Shown: positions 28,965 through 38,469, counted from the first letter of the stretch. The stretch: 64,000 nucleotides of DNA from an uncultured delta proteobacterium (GCA_963845145.1 CAWJQU010000005.1:960001-1024000), one strand, 5' to 3'. Notes: generated by a model from the letters alone, not told the origin. A program made the numbers and translations.

Positions 28965-30533
28965 ATGCCGGGAAGGAACAGATACAAATTTGCCATCATC
29001 ATTGCCATCATTTTTCCCATCGTCGCCCGTCTTAATTTTCATGGCGCCGGGGTCGAATACAACTATTTCCGACTTATTATGCCGACCCTTGTCGGCGCAG
29101 CAGCCGGGTTCATGGTTGGCCTTATGAAAGACAGATGGCTCGGCCTGCAAAACAATCTTCAATCCATCATCGTTGAAAAAACAGCGGCACTTAAACAAGA
29201 AATCAATATGAAACAGGTTGCTGAGGCAGAACTTCGAAAAAGCCATGATACCCTGGAGCAGGGCGTGGCAGAGCGAACGGCTGAACTGTTTAAGACAACC
29301 GAAGAACTGAAGCATGAGATAGAAGAACGACGGAAGATCGAGTTTGAGCTTCGCGAAAGTAAAAATCGTTTGAAAAAAATCTTGAACAGCATCAAGGCCG
29401 GGATCATCATTATTGATCCCGATAAACACCAAATCATTGACGCGAATTTAACCGCCCTAGAAATTATTGGTGCTTCCCGGAAAGAGGTCGTGGGTCGAAA
29501 GTGCCAACAGTTTATCTGTCCCCAAAAAACAGGGCAATGTCCGATTACCGACCTGGGGTATGATGTGGATAACTCCGAGTGCACACTTATTAACGTTAAC
29601 GCTACGCATGTACCCATTCTAAAGACGGTTGTCAAAATCAAACAAAACGGGCAAACGTTTCTGCTTGAAAGTTTCATCGATATCTCTCCGCTTAAAAAAG
29701 CGCAAATAGAATTGCAGGCGGCTAAGGAGGTGGCAGAGGCTGCAAACCATGCCAAGAGCGAATTTTTAGCCAATATGAGCCATGAATTCAGAACCCCATT
29801 GAACCATATCATTGGGTTTACCGAATTGGTGGTGGATAAGAATTTCGGCGATTTGAATCCGACCCAGGAGGAGTATTTGGGTGATGCCCTTGCCAGTAGT
29901 CAGCACCTCCTTTCCCTGGTTAACGATATTCTCGATCTGGCAAAGGTCGAGGCCGGTGGTCATGAACTCGCACTTTCTAAAATAAAATTGAAAACGCTGA
30001 TGGAAAACAGTTTGGTCATTGTTAAGGAAAAGGCGATGAATCAGGAGGTTCGGTTATCTACCCAAATCGGCAGTGTTCCGGAAACCATCCATGCTGATGA
30101 ACGCAAACTCAAACAAATCATCTATAATTTGTTGGCCAATGCGATTAAGTTTACCCCTAAGGGGGGCGCCGTCACCTTGGTGGCCGATGTCGTCGAGAAA
30201 AATGACGCTGATATGGGATTCGATCCAAGCGATACGGATCAAAGTGATACTGACCGTCGGATCGTTAAAATATCGATCAATGATACGGGGGTCGGGGTCG
30301 CTTCTGAGCACTTTGAATCCATCTTCGACCCGTTTGAGCAAGTGGAAAATACTAAAAGTAAGCGATACCAGGGGACCGGGTTGGGCTTGGCGTTATCCAA
30401 GCAGTTTGTCGAGATGCATGGCGGCCGCATTTGGGTGGAAAGTGCCGGCCTCGATAAGGGGGCGACCTTTTCTTTCACCATACCCTGCCATCCGCCGATT
30501 GATCTGTCCGGGTCCAACAGCGCCGATATTTAG
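28965..30533 (+). CDS. PAS-domain sensor histidine kinase
   Basis: Two short N-terminal TMs, coiled coil, PAS with C-x4-C-x6-[15 protein letters not shown], intact G boxes. Confidence 0.92.
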   Translation: MPGRNRYKFAIIIAIIFPIVARLNFHGAGVEYNYFRLIMPTLVGAAAGFMVGLMKDRWLGLQNNLQSIIVEKTAALKQEINMKQVAEAELRKSHDTLEQGVAERTAELFKTTEELKHEIEERRKIEFELRESKNRLKKILNSIKAGIIIIDPDKHQIIDANLTALEIIGASRKEVVGRKCQQFICPQKTGQCPITDLGYDVDNSECTLINVNATHVPILKTVVKIKQNGQTFLLESFIDISPLKKAQIELQAAKEVAEAANHAKSEFLANMSHEFRTPLNHIIGFTELVVDKNFGDLNPTQEEYLGDALASSQHLLSLVNDILDLAKVEAGGHELALSKIKLKTLMENSLVIVKEKAMNQEVRLSTQIGSVPETIHADERKLKQIIYNLLANAIKFTPKGGAVTLVADVVEKNDADMGFDPSDTDQSDTDRRIVKISINDTGVGVASEHFESIFDPFEQVENTKSKRYQGTGLGLALSKQFVEMHGGRIWVESAGLDKGATFSFTIPCHPPIDLSGSNSADI

Positions 30534-30699
30534 GGTCGGCCCCACACAACCCTCGGCCTTTGGCATTGATATCGGTCTCGACTCACGACGAATCCGATCC
30601 ACGATGAATAGGTCTCCTATATTGCCGGGAGTCGTGACAGTAAGAGACGCCGCTTTGCCGTTATTTTTTTGAACTTTGAGTCGTTCGGACAATTATTAC

Positions 30700-30740
30700 A
30701 AAACGGTCTCACCCGCGCCTTGCGGGGTGAGACCGTTTTT
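30700..30740. terminator. Bidirectional Rho-independent terminator
   Basis: AAAACGGTCTCACCC...GGGTGAGACCGTTTTT between convergent genes. Confidence 0.85.
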
Positions 30741-30782
30741 AGTGTGCGACACATCGTTTCAGTGCATTGTTTACTTCAGGGG

Positions 30783-32237
30783 CTATCTCCTCATGGCTAG
30801 TTTCAGGCTGAGCACCAGACGGTTAAACGATTCGGTAAGGACACCGATCTCGTCTTTTCGATCTTCGTCGAGTACTTCTAGGTCCAACTCACCTTGGCTG
30901 ATTGCATTGGCCCTGGCGGTTAGCTCATTAATAGGCTTCGTAATGTTGCTCCCTATCAGAAGGCCGATCAAAATTGACAGAAAAAGAACCGCGACAAAGA
31001 CGGCTAAGATCAGGTTTTGAATTTTAATTGCGGGTTTGATGACCTCATCTTTGGATGCCACGATCCCCATACTGGCGCCAATCGCTTTTAGGGGTGCATA
31101 GGTCGTGTATTTCATTTCATCGCCGGCATCATAGGTGTCGATACCCGTATCTCCGGCGATCATCTTTTGAACGATGTAATTAAATTCAAGGTTGTCGGTT
31201 TTTAATAGATTTTCGGTTTTATAGGTTGAATCCCAGCGTGTATCCTCGGTTTTCATACCCGGACGCACCAAAACGCTTCCCTTGCTATTTACCAAAAAGC
31301 CATAACTGTCATACCCAATATCCATGGTCAGAATGTCCTCCTGGATCGTATCCAAAAGAACATCAAAACCGACGATTCCGTTCATAGTACCGTTCTGATT
31401 AAGTACCGGCACAGCACAGGTGACCACAAGTTTTTTCGTGTTGGCATCCACATAGGGTTCCGTCCAGATCACATCTTTCTCTTCCTTGGCAGATTTATAC
31501 CAGGGCCGTTGGGTCACATCAAAAGCCTCTAGTTTTTCAATGACACCGACCACCGCTTCATCATTAAAGACCGTCATCTTCGTTTCGGTTCCGAAATAAC
31601 CGAGACTCAGATAGGGATTGTTGGTGACGATGCTTTTAAGCATCATTCCTATACGCTGGAGAACCAGCGTTTCTTTTCTAAGCGGCTCGTTCATTGTGGG
31701 ATTGCCATACCGGGTGCCGTCCCATGGCATCAAAATTTTAATCCCTATATCCGTATTGATATCGTTTCGTTGGTAGGATTTGCTAGCAAAATCGGCGACA
31801 CCGAAGACTTCCTGTTTGATTCTTTCAAAGGTAAGTGCATATTCGTTTGATTTTAAACGGGCGTTTTTGACGAGATGCTCCTCGGCTTGCCTGGAAAGCG
31901 CCTCCCGGCTTTGATAGCCGGCGATGGCTCCTGCAACCCCAAGGGAAACGACCACCAGCGCCACAATGATCATGGTTATCTTGGTTCGAATGGACATCCC
32001 TTTAATTTTTATTTTTTCTGATAAGGGACTACTTTCGGATTGTTCCAAGGAATCCAGCCCGGGGAAGTCCAACTCGGGTTCCGATAATAAAGGCTCCGGC
32101 TCCGGCGTTACCGGCGATGGTCGATGGGCATTGATGATTTCTCCGCAGGACTTACATTTAAATTTAACCGCGTTTTTTGCCAGCTGATCAAAATCGAGCT
32201 TATACTTCTTACCGCATTGCTCACAGGTCGTGATCAT
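30783..32237 (-). CDS. Zinc-ribbon / dCache / HAMP membrane protein without output domain
   Basis: CEQCG...CKSCG; TM; dCache (RPWY, WTEPYVDA); TM; HAMP (DEIGVLTESFNRL) ending the protein. AAAGGA RBS fits ATG 32237. Confidence 0.82.
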   Translation of the reverse strand: MITTCEQCGKKYKLDFDQLAKNAVKFKCKSCGEIINAHRPSPVTPEPEPLLSEPELDFPGLDSLEQSESSPLSEKIKIKGMSIRTKITMIIVALVVVSLGVAGAIAGYQSREALSRQAEEHLVKNARLKSNEYALTFERIKQEVFGVADFASKSYQRNDINTDIGIKILMPWDGTRYGNPTMNEPLRKETLVLQRIGMMLKSIVTNNPYLSLGYFGTETKMTVFNDEAVVGVIEKLEAFDVTQRPWYKSAKEEKDVIWTEPYVDANTKKLVVTCAVPVLNQNGTMNGIVGFDVLLDTIQEDILTMDIGYDSYGFLVNSKGSVLVRPGMKTEDTRWDSTYKTENLLKTDNLEFNYIVQKMIAGDTGIDTYDAGDEMKYTTYAPLKAIGASMGIVASKDEVIKPAIKIQNLILAVFVAVLFLSILIGLLIGSNITKPINELTARANAISQGELDLEVLDEDRKDEIGVLTESFNRLVLSLKLAMRR

Positions 32238-32669
32238 TTTCACAGTCCTTTCATAATAAATGTGGGTAGAGGGGCTATTTGACCAACGCTCTCACGATGA
32301 ATAACGCCTCTCATCAATACACCAAGCACTACCAGATATTGCTGATTCATCACATAAGCGGGAAAGCAAATCATTCTTTAACCCGCGGGATGTGTTTCGA
32401 TCTATTTTAACTATGTAATTACAGAGTCATTTTCTATGGTAAAAATGCGCTCCCAGTGTTTTCGTAAGCGTGAACCAACCGCTATGCCCGACAAGGAATT
32501 CCCCAAATATGGCCGCTGTCGTAAAAAATATTAATGATATCAAAAACTTGAAGAATGGCAGCGGCGATATCAAAATCTATGAAATCGTTTTTAGAGCGAT
32601 ATCTTATTTATTCATAACCTGTCTAAAATTTCCGTGAATTACTCAAATCAAATAACGAAGGTTAGTATT

Positions 32670-32686
32670 AGCAATAAAGGTGCCAA
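32670..32686 (-). promoter_or_regulatory. sigma54 (-24/-12) promoter
   Basis: Minus strand TTGGCACCTTTATTGCT matches TGGCAC-N5-TTGCW exactly. Confidence 0.75.
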
Positions 32687-32865
32687 TGGTTTCTAGGAAA
32701 GGTGGCCGCGATAGAAATTTCTTGAATTAAAGATACTTTGGAGATTATTCTTTATTGCGGAATGGGTGACGATATTACTTTAACCAAAACCGACGAGGGG
32801 TTTTTATGGGAAAATTCCTTGATTTCGTAATCCGGAAAAGGTCATGGCGCACTGAAGATTAAATG

Positions 32866-33069
32866 TCACTGTTCCTTTTTTCTTATTAAGGTGACACTCT
32901 CACCCCCAATACCCCAATTATCTGTGTCCACCTCGTCGATAACAACGACGGTAGTGGCGGGGTTTTTCCCCAGAACACTTACCAATAAACCCGTAACCCC
33001 TTTTATCAGTTCGGCTTTTTGTTCCGGCGAGGCCCCTTCTTTGGTAATTTTAATGTTTACATAGGGCAT
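32866..33069 (-). CDS. 4-oxalocrotonate tautomerase family protein
   Basis: Catalytic Pro1 (MPYVNIK), EQKAELI, NWGIGG; GAGGAG RBS. Confidence 0.92.
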   Translation of the reverse strand: MPYVNIKITKEGASPEQKAELIKGVTGLLVSVLGKNPATTVVVIDEVDTDNWGIGGESVTLIRKKEQ

Positions 33070-33082
33070 ATTGTCTCCTCTA

Positions 33083-34360
33083 TTAACCTTGCGCGGGAAG
33101 CACCAGACAGTCGGCCACCAGCTCCCAGAGATACTTTACTTCCAGATCAGCCTGATTATGATCTTGCTTAACGGCGTTTAGTTGACCATGGCAGCTATGG
33201 CAGGGCACCACAATCGTATCAGCCCCGGTGGTCCGTATCTGATCGAATTTACGCCGGGCGTAGAAAGTGCGCTCTTCGTTATAGCCTGTTACCAACGCGC
33301 CGCCGCCGCCACCACAGCAGACTTGATTTAGCTGGTGGGGGTAAAGATCGATCCAGTTTTCCAGGCACTGGTCAAGAATCCAGCGCGGCTCGTCAAAATA
33401 GCCATGGCCGAATCGTTTTTGCGCCTGCCGGCCATAATTACAAGGATCATGGTAGGTAGCCGTACCGCTTATGCGCGATCGATCCAGTTGAATGCGGCCT
33501 GTTTTTATATAGTCGATGAGCAGGTCAAAAACGGTTACAAAAGTATATTTATCAAATGCTTCGGGGAAATATTTTTCGAAACCCGACCGGGTCGCCAAAT
33601 AGGCGTGGCCTCATTCCGGCCAGAGTAAGGTGCTGACCTCCAACCGTTCCATCTGTTCGTAGATTCTGCCGGCCATGATTTTCATGGCGTCGTCGTCACC
33701 GGTAAAATACCCCCAGCTGGTCCCTTCCCAATTCTCGGACGGAACTGTCCAGCTTTCACCGGCCACGTGAAAAATTTTCCACCAATGTTTCAGGTCGTCG
33801 GTATGGGTGTTGACCAGTTTATTATGAATCGTACAGAGAATTTTAGCGCCCTTTTTATCGATGGGGGCCTTAAATCCCTCAAAACCGGGTTCTTCCGCGA
33901 CCTCTTCCGCCACGTCTTCAATGATAAATTCGTAATCTTCTTTGGGTAGTCGAAGATTATTTCCGGTCTCCAGCGCTGCCGTCAAACCTTGATGGAGGTG
34001 ACCGGGAACCGTCTCCCGATCGCGTTGGGCGCGGGTGTGGCGGACTAAAGCCGGAATATTGATTTCCATGGGGCACACATTTTCGCATTTTCCGCACATG
34101 GTGCAGATCCACGGCCAACGGGATTCAACGGCATGATTTTCCAATCCTAAAGAAATCAGTCGAATGAGTTTGCGGGGGTCGAAATTGTCCACACCGGATA
34201 CGGGGCATGCACTGGCACACAGGCCGCAGGTGATACAAAAATCCTGCGAAAAGGGTAGCGGTCGGGAAAGGCGGTGATTAATGTTACCCATATCAATCGG
34301 TTCAGGGTCAATCGGTTTCGGATCAATCGTTCCGGTGTTCTTATGGGACGCTTCAGTCAT
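33083..34360 (-). CDS. Selenocysteine-containing HdrD/DsrK/TmcB-type Fe-S (CCG-domain) oxidoreductase, 425 aa (UGA at 33611-33613 read as Sec)
   Basis: The two track ORFs are in frame and join as LLWPE-U-GHAYLATR. N-term has two CxxCxxCxxxCP motifs; C-term has YHDPCN, CCGGGGG, CHSC. SECIS-like hairpin follows the UGA. Confidence 0.85.
33570..33601 (-). promoter_or_regulatory. Bacterial SECIS-like stem-loop
   Basis: UAUUU-GG-CG-ACCC-[GGUC]-GGGU-UU-CG-AA-AAAUA; the apical loop starts with G, 22 nt after the UGA. Confidence 0.7.
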
Positions 34361-34436
34361 CTTATTTGCCTTTTTTAACCATTATCCGGTTGGCCCAGCC
34401 GGTTGGCCGGAATCATCGGGCCGGTCGGGTTTACCA

Positions 34437-36044
34437 TCATCTGTTTGGACCCAGAGCGTTAATCTTATTCGCAAAACGGTGGGTTAGTTCAGCGAATTCA
34501 GTTCCCATATTAGAAGCGAGCGTATTAATTTCTACTCGATCGGTTTCATAACCGATAGTAGCCAAACGGTCTTTGAAGTGTAAAACCCGCTTTTTGGCAT
34601 GGTTATTCCCTTGGCTTGAATGGCAGTTCCCCTCGTGGCAGGTCAGTACGAGGACACCATCGGCCCCCAGTCGAAAGCCTGAAAAAATATGCTCAACAGA
34701 TAGGCCGCCGGCACAGGGAACCTCTACAAGCTTTAACCCCGGAGGGAGATTGATTCCCATCAAGGAGGCCTGGTTGGCCGCCTGGCTTGCTGAACGACTA
34801 CAGCAAAACGCCACGATATTGGAGAACGTTTTACCAGAAAGGATTTTGGCCGGTGATTCGATCCGAGCGGCTATCTCCTTTTGGTTTAACCCCGGAATCG
34901 TAATGGCGTGCTGGGGGCACTCTGCCGCACAGATACCGCACCGTTCGCAGTCCTGCGGGATAACCGTTGGGTAGGCATCAAGGAAAATTGCCCTGTACGG
35001 ACAAAGCCTGTGACAGGTTAGACAACGTACACAAGCCCCTGTATCGATTGTCGCTTTATTTTCGAATTGGTGTGGATCGGGTATTCCCTTGGCGGTGATG
35101 TCCAGCGCGGCATTGATTGCATCGCCGAGTTGATCATCCGATCCCAAAATTTTTCGGGACGGTCCGATAACCAAAATACGATGACGATTGGTTCGCACCG
35201 TCTGCCGATGAACATTATCGGCCTGGACAAACCCGCCGGCATCCATCTCCAGACACAGGGCAGCGGCCATGCCGTTCGCTATTTTTCCGGACGGCAGAAT
35301 GGTTTCATCAACAACGGTGATCGTCGGCGTCAGCGTAAAAGGCAGTCCAGTGATTTCGTCAGTGAACGCGATGACGACGGCGTTGTCAATTTGACGAACG
35401 TCGGGGATGGTGTCGGTAAATTTAATATACACTGTTCCGGCCTGTTTACTTTCCCGGTACAATGCCTCCAGGCCGTCGCCGGCAACCTTCAGGTTTTTTG
35501 TCAGAACATAGGTTTGAACAGCTTTTTTATTTTGTGGGGTATCGGTCTGGAGATGAAGGGCGGTGTTCATCACCTCCGCGGCAATAACGGGATTGCTCTC
35601 GGCGAACAGGCCGGTTAAAAAGACGATGGTCGTGGTACCGTTCGGATTTTTTATTTCTTGGAAAACCCCATCTGCCTGGCCGGCCATTCGGGAGAGCGGT
35701 ACGACGTGATTTGCCGGCCTCAGGTGATTCAGGGCGTAATTGGCTTCTCTTTGTTCCGGTTCAGCCACGACAATATTGGCAACAGATCGGGATAAGGTTT
35801 TGCCGCCGTTAGTGAGATCAATGCGGAAGTGTTCATTCTCCTGACGGCAGGCACGAATATGGGTATTGGTCAGCACTTCTACCAGGGAGCTGCTACCCCT
35901 CCCTGATCCGATTTCGACGGGGAAGGAATCGGCGTCTGTCACGATAAGTAATCGGGTATCGCCGGCGGCAGCCAATTCGGTGACCACCCGCTCAGCGCAA
36001 ACACCGGTGCCGATAATCAGGGTTGTTTCCATCGGGGTGTTCAC
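34437..36044 (-). CDS. Degenerate HdrA-like domain + 2x[4Fe-4S] + MvhD domain (QmoB-like architecture)
   Basis: IIGTGVCA, CVRCLTCHRLCP, CERCGICAAECP; MvhD motifs AFCCSRSA, VPCAG, CHEGNCH. Confidence 0.8.
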   Translation of the reverse strand: MNTPMETTLIIGTGVCAERVVTELAAAGDTRLLIVTDADSFPVEIGSGRGSSSLVEVLTNTHIRACRQENEHFRIDLTNGGKTLSRSVANIVVAEPEQREANYALNHLRPANHVVPLSRMAGQADGVFQEIKNPNGTTTIVFLTGLFAESNPVIAAEVMNTALHLQTDTPQNKKAVQTYVLTKNLKVAGDGLEALYRESKQAGTVYIKFTDTIPDVRQIDNAVVIAFTDEITGLPFTLTPTITVVDETILPSGKIANGMAAALCLEMDAGGFVQADNVHRQTVRTNRHRILVIGPSRKILGSDDQLGDAINAALDITAKGIPDPHQFENKATIDTGACVRCLTCHRLCPYRAIFLDAYPTVIPQDCERCGICAAECPQHAITIPGLNQKEIAARIESPAKILSGKTFSNIVAFCCSRSASQAANQASLMGINLPPGLKLVEVPCAGGLSVEHIFSGFRLGADGVLVLTCHEGNCHSSQGNNHAKKRVLHFKDRLATIGYETDRVEINTLASNMGTEFAELTHRFANKINALGPNR

Positions 36045-37288
36045 ATTTCCTCCTGTTTATCGCTTCCGATATATTTCAGGGTCTGCCAGGCGACGCGACC
36101 GGCATCGGCAATGCTTTCGGCAATACCCATGGGTCCTTTGGCCGATCCGGCGATGAAGACCCCCGCATCGGAAGAGGGCGGCTCAACGGCTGTTTTTTTG
36201 AAAAAGCCTGTATCGGCCAAGGTCAGATCCAACCGGTCAGCCAGTGTGTCCGCATCCTCACAGGGGGTCATACCGACCGAGAGAACGACCAGGTCGAATG
36301 TCTCATCGGTGCTTTGGTGGGTGCTGCTGTCCGCAAAAATGACTTTCAATCGATCTTTATCGGTGGCATAAATATCACCGGGAATCGATCGAACCATTTG
36401 AATATCGTTTTGGATGAGGGGGTAGAATCTGTTGAAGTCTTTACCGAAAGTTTGCACATCAATATAGAAAAAGGCAATGGCCGTATCGGCTTTTTTAGAT
36501 TTAACCAAACGGGCCATTCGCAATGCGGAGCCGCAGCAAACCCGGGAGCACCACAGGTGACCCAATTTCGCATCCCGGCTACCGACACATTGTATAAATG
36601 CAATGCGTTGTGGCTCGGTCCCATCCGATGGTCTTTTCACCCGGCCCGAACGTCTTAGCATCCGTTCCAACTCTAGACTGGTCACCACGTTGGGAAAGGT
36701 TTTGTATCCATAGGGTTTGCTGATGGGATCAAACGGTGTAAAGCCGGTAGCCACAATCACGGCATCGGAATCAATTTCAATGAGGGTTGATTTTTTATCA
36801 AGATCGATGGCTTCTTCAGGACAGACATCCTGACAGACCGTGCAACTTCCATCCTGGATATAGCGACAATTGTTTTCATTCAAGGCAAAAAAGGGGTGTT
36901 GGTGGCCGGAAAAGCCGCTGATGACCGCTCCCTCGGCAGGGCATTTGTCCCGGCAGAGGCCACACCCGGTGCATTTTTGCGGGTCTATATAAGCCGCCTT
37001 TTGGTCGATGATCGCCTTGAATCGATCCTCTTTCACTATCTCGTGAAGTCGACCGCCGGTGGAAAGGGTGATGTTGGGGTTCGCCACTGCTTGAGAAAGT
37101 TTTTCTTCCACCATGCAAGCGCCGCATTTAACACACTGGTCGGTTGCTTTACAGGTGTATTGGATGGCATGGCCGCCGGGAAAGTCAGATTTTTCCACAA
37201 TTTCAACCTCAATGCCCAATGCGGCCAATTCAGACGCTACCGTAAGCCCGGCGACACCGCTGCCGATAACAAGAACCTTATTCGCCAT
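36041..37288 (-). CDS. HdrA family flavoprotein (QmoA-sized, with ferredoxin insert)
   Basis: VIGSGVAG, CKATDQCVKCGAC, two ferredoxin motifs, NVVTSLELER, FIQCVGSRD...WCSRVCC, DLVVLSVG. Confidence 0.88.
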   Translation of the reverse strand: MANKVLVIGSGVAGLTVASELAALGIEVEIVEKSDFPGGHAIQYTCKATDQCVKCGACMVEEKLSQAVANPNITLSTGGRLHEIVKEDRFKAIIDQKAAYIDPQKCTGCGLCRDKCPAEGAVISGFSGHQHPFFALNENNCRYIQDGSCTVCQDVCPEEAIDLDKKSTLIEIDSDAVIVATGFTPFDPISKPYGYKTFPNVVTSLELERMLRRSGRVKRPSDGTEPQRIAFIQCVGSRDAKLGHLWCSRVCCGSALRMARLVKSKKADTAIAFFYIDVQTFGKDFNRFYPLIQNDIQMVRSIPGDIYATDKDRLKVIFADSSTHQSTDETFDLVVLSVGMTPCEDADTLADRLDLTLADTGFFKKTAVEPPSSDAGVFIAGSAKGPMGIAESIADAGRVAWQTLKYIGSDKQEEM

Positions 37289-37336
37289 CTTGTGCCTACC
37301 TTGGTGTGATGTATTCGTTATGATAAAAGGGAATTA

Positions 37337-37852
37337 TTATTTCTGTTTCGCTTCAAATCTTTCAACGATTTCCTTTATTTCACTCTCGATAAAATTCGCA
37401 TATTCTTGGGCCGATTCCGCTGTCATTGAACCGATATCATCAATCAAATCCTCAATCTCTTTTTCATCAATACCGGTTGTTTTGTTGATCATAAAGGTGT
37501 CAACCTCTCCGCCTTTCGGCAGCCGGCCGCACCCTCCCGCTGTTCCGACGAATTCGTCTTTAACAAAAATAGGGACAACGATTTTCAGTATCCCGGCATC
37601 GCACGCTTCAACAACCGGTTTGCTGGATTTTTTTGCTTGGGAGGCCATGTTCATATGCGCGACGGCACAGATATAAGGCCCGCCCTTTTCATTTGATTTG
37701 ATGGCTGGGCAGATGCGGTTCGACCATTTCACATAATCGGTTATTCGGGTGCCTTCCATATCAAAGGTTACCGATTGCACTTGGCACTTTTCGATTATCT
37801 TTTTTTCCAGTTCAACCCACTTTTCCAGGGGCTGAATGTCTGTCAATTTCAT
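37337..37852 (-). CDS. Stand-alone PocR ligand-binding domain protein
   Basis: NRICPAIK...ICAVAH, EACDAGI...VVPIFV..EFVG.AGGCG; AAGGAG RBS. Confidence 0.8.
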   Translation of the reverse strand: MKLTDIQPLEKWVELEKKIIEKCQVQSVTFDMEGTRITDYVKWSNRICPAIKSNEKGGPYICAVAHMNMASQAKKSSKPVVEACDAGILKIVVPIFVKDEFVGTAGGCGRLPKGGEVDTFMINKTTGIDEKEIEDLIDDIGSMTAESAQEYANFIESEIKEIVERFEAKQK

Positions 37853-38019
37853 AGTATCTCCTTGTGAATGTTCCGAAAGAATTTTTTTTATTTTATCGAC
37901 GACGGATCGATCGCGTCGTAACGTATTTTTAATCGGGGCGGGAAGGCCCCCCTCTTTTAAAGAGCGGAAGCAAATTTTTCCATTTCACCCTTATATCAAT
38001 GAGTATTGTTTCGCAATGG

Positions 38020-38166
38020 TCATGGATCGTATAACCTAGATTGTGGCAAAATTGGATTGTACGTTAAAATGGAATTTACCTCGATAGTTTTTCTTCCCAC
38101 CTCTGCGTGTCTTCTGGTATCCACGAAAGTACTTACCTCAATGGTGCTAGGGTCAAGTTCGCTCAA
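38020..38166 (-). CDS. Unannotated 48-aa ORF, possibly a TusA-family remnant
   Basis: AAAAGGAGG RBS then TTG; MSELDPSTIEVSTFVDTRRHAEVGRKTIEVNSILTYNPILPQSRLYDP. Confidence 0.4.
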   Translation of the reverse strand: MSELDPSTIEVSTFVDTRRHAEVGRKTIEVNSILTYNPILPQSRLYDP

Positions 38167-38220
38167 TATAGCCTCCTTTTCGAATGATTGGGTTATGGTC
38201 CTCTACCTGTAGTCTAAATT

Positions 38221-38469
38221 TTAAGGTTCAATGATATTTTTCTTTAGTAGAATTCGACACAATTTTCTCTGATCATTGAGACTAACCCTGTGATATTGGC
38301 CATTGGCATCCAACACTTGGAAAAGATACTTTCGTGTATCTTGATCGGTCGTTAAAATTTCCAGATGTTCGCCGGGTTTCATTCCACGAAGCGCTTGGGT
38401 TACTTTTAAAAGAGTAAACGGGGCGATTATATCCCGAAGATCCAATGTATAGTCTATTTCATTCTTCAA
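38221..38469 (-). CDS. TusA/SirA-like protein lacking the CPxP cysteine
   Basis: TLDLRDIIAPFTLLK...MKPGEHLEILTTD; fold motif with Ala at the usual Cys position. Confidence 0.72.
   Translation of the reverse strand: MKNEIDYTLDLRDIIAPFTLLKVTQALRGMKPGEHLEILTTDQDTRKYLFQVLDANGQYHRVSLNDQRKLCRILLKKNIIEP

Noticed and set aside
33083..33598. Independent 171-aa gene, or nonsense-mutated pseudogene
   Set aside because: It is in frame with the upstream ORF, the UGA sits on a conserved Cys position, and a SECIS-like hairpin follows. Sec read-through explains all three.
34437..37288. Canonical qmoAB (APS reductase-associated) or methanogen-type hdrABC
   Set aside because: No aprAB, qmoC or hdrBC adjacent, and the second subunit is degenerate, so gene symbols were withheld.
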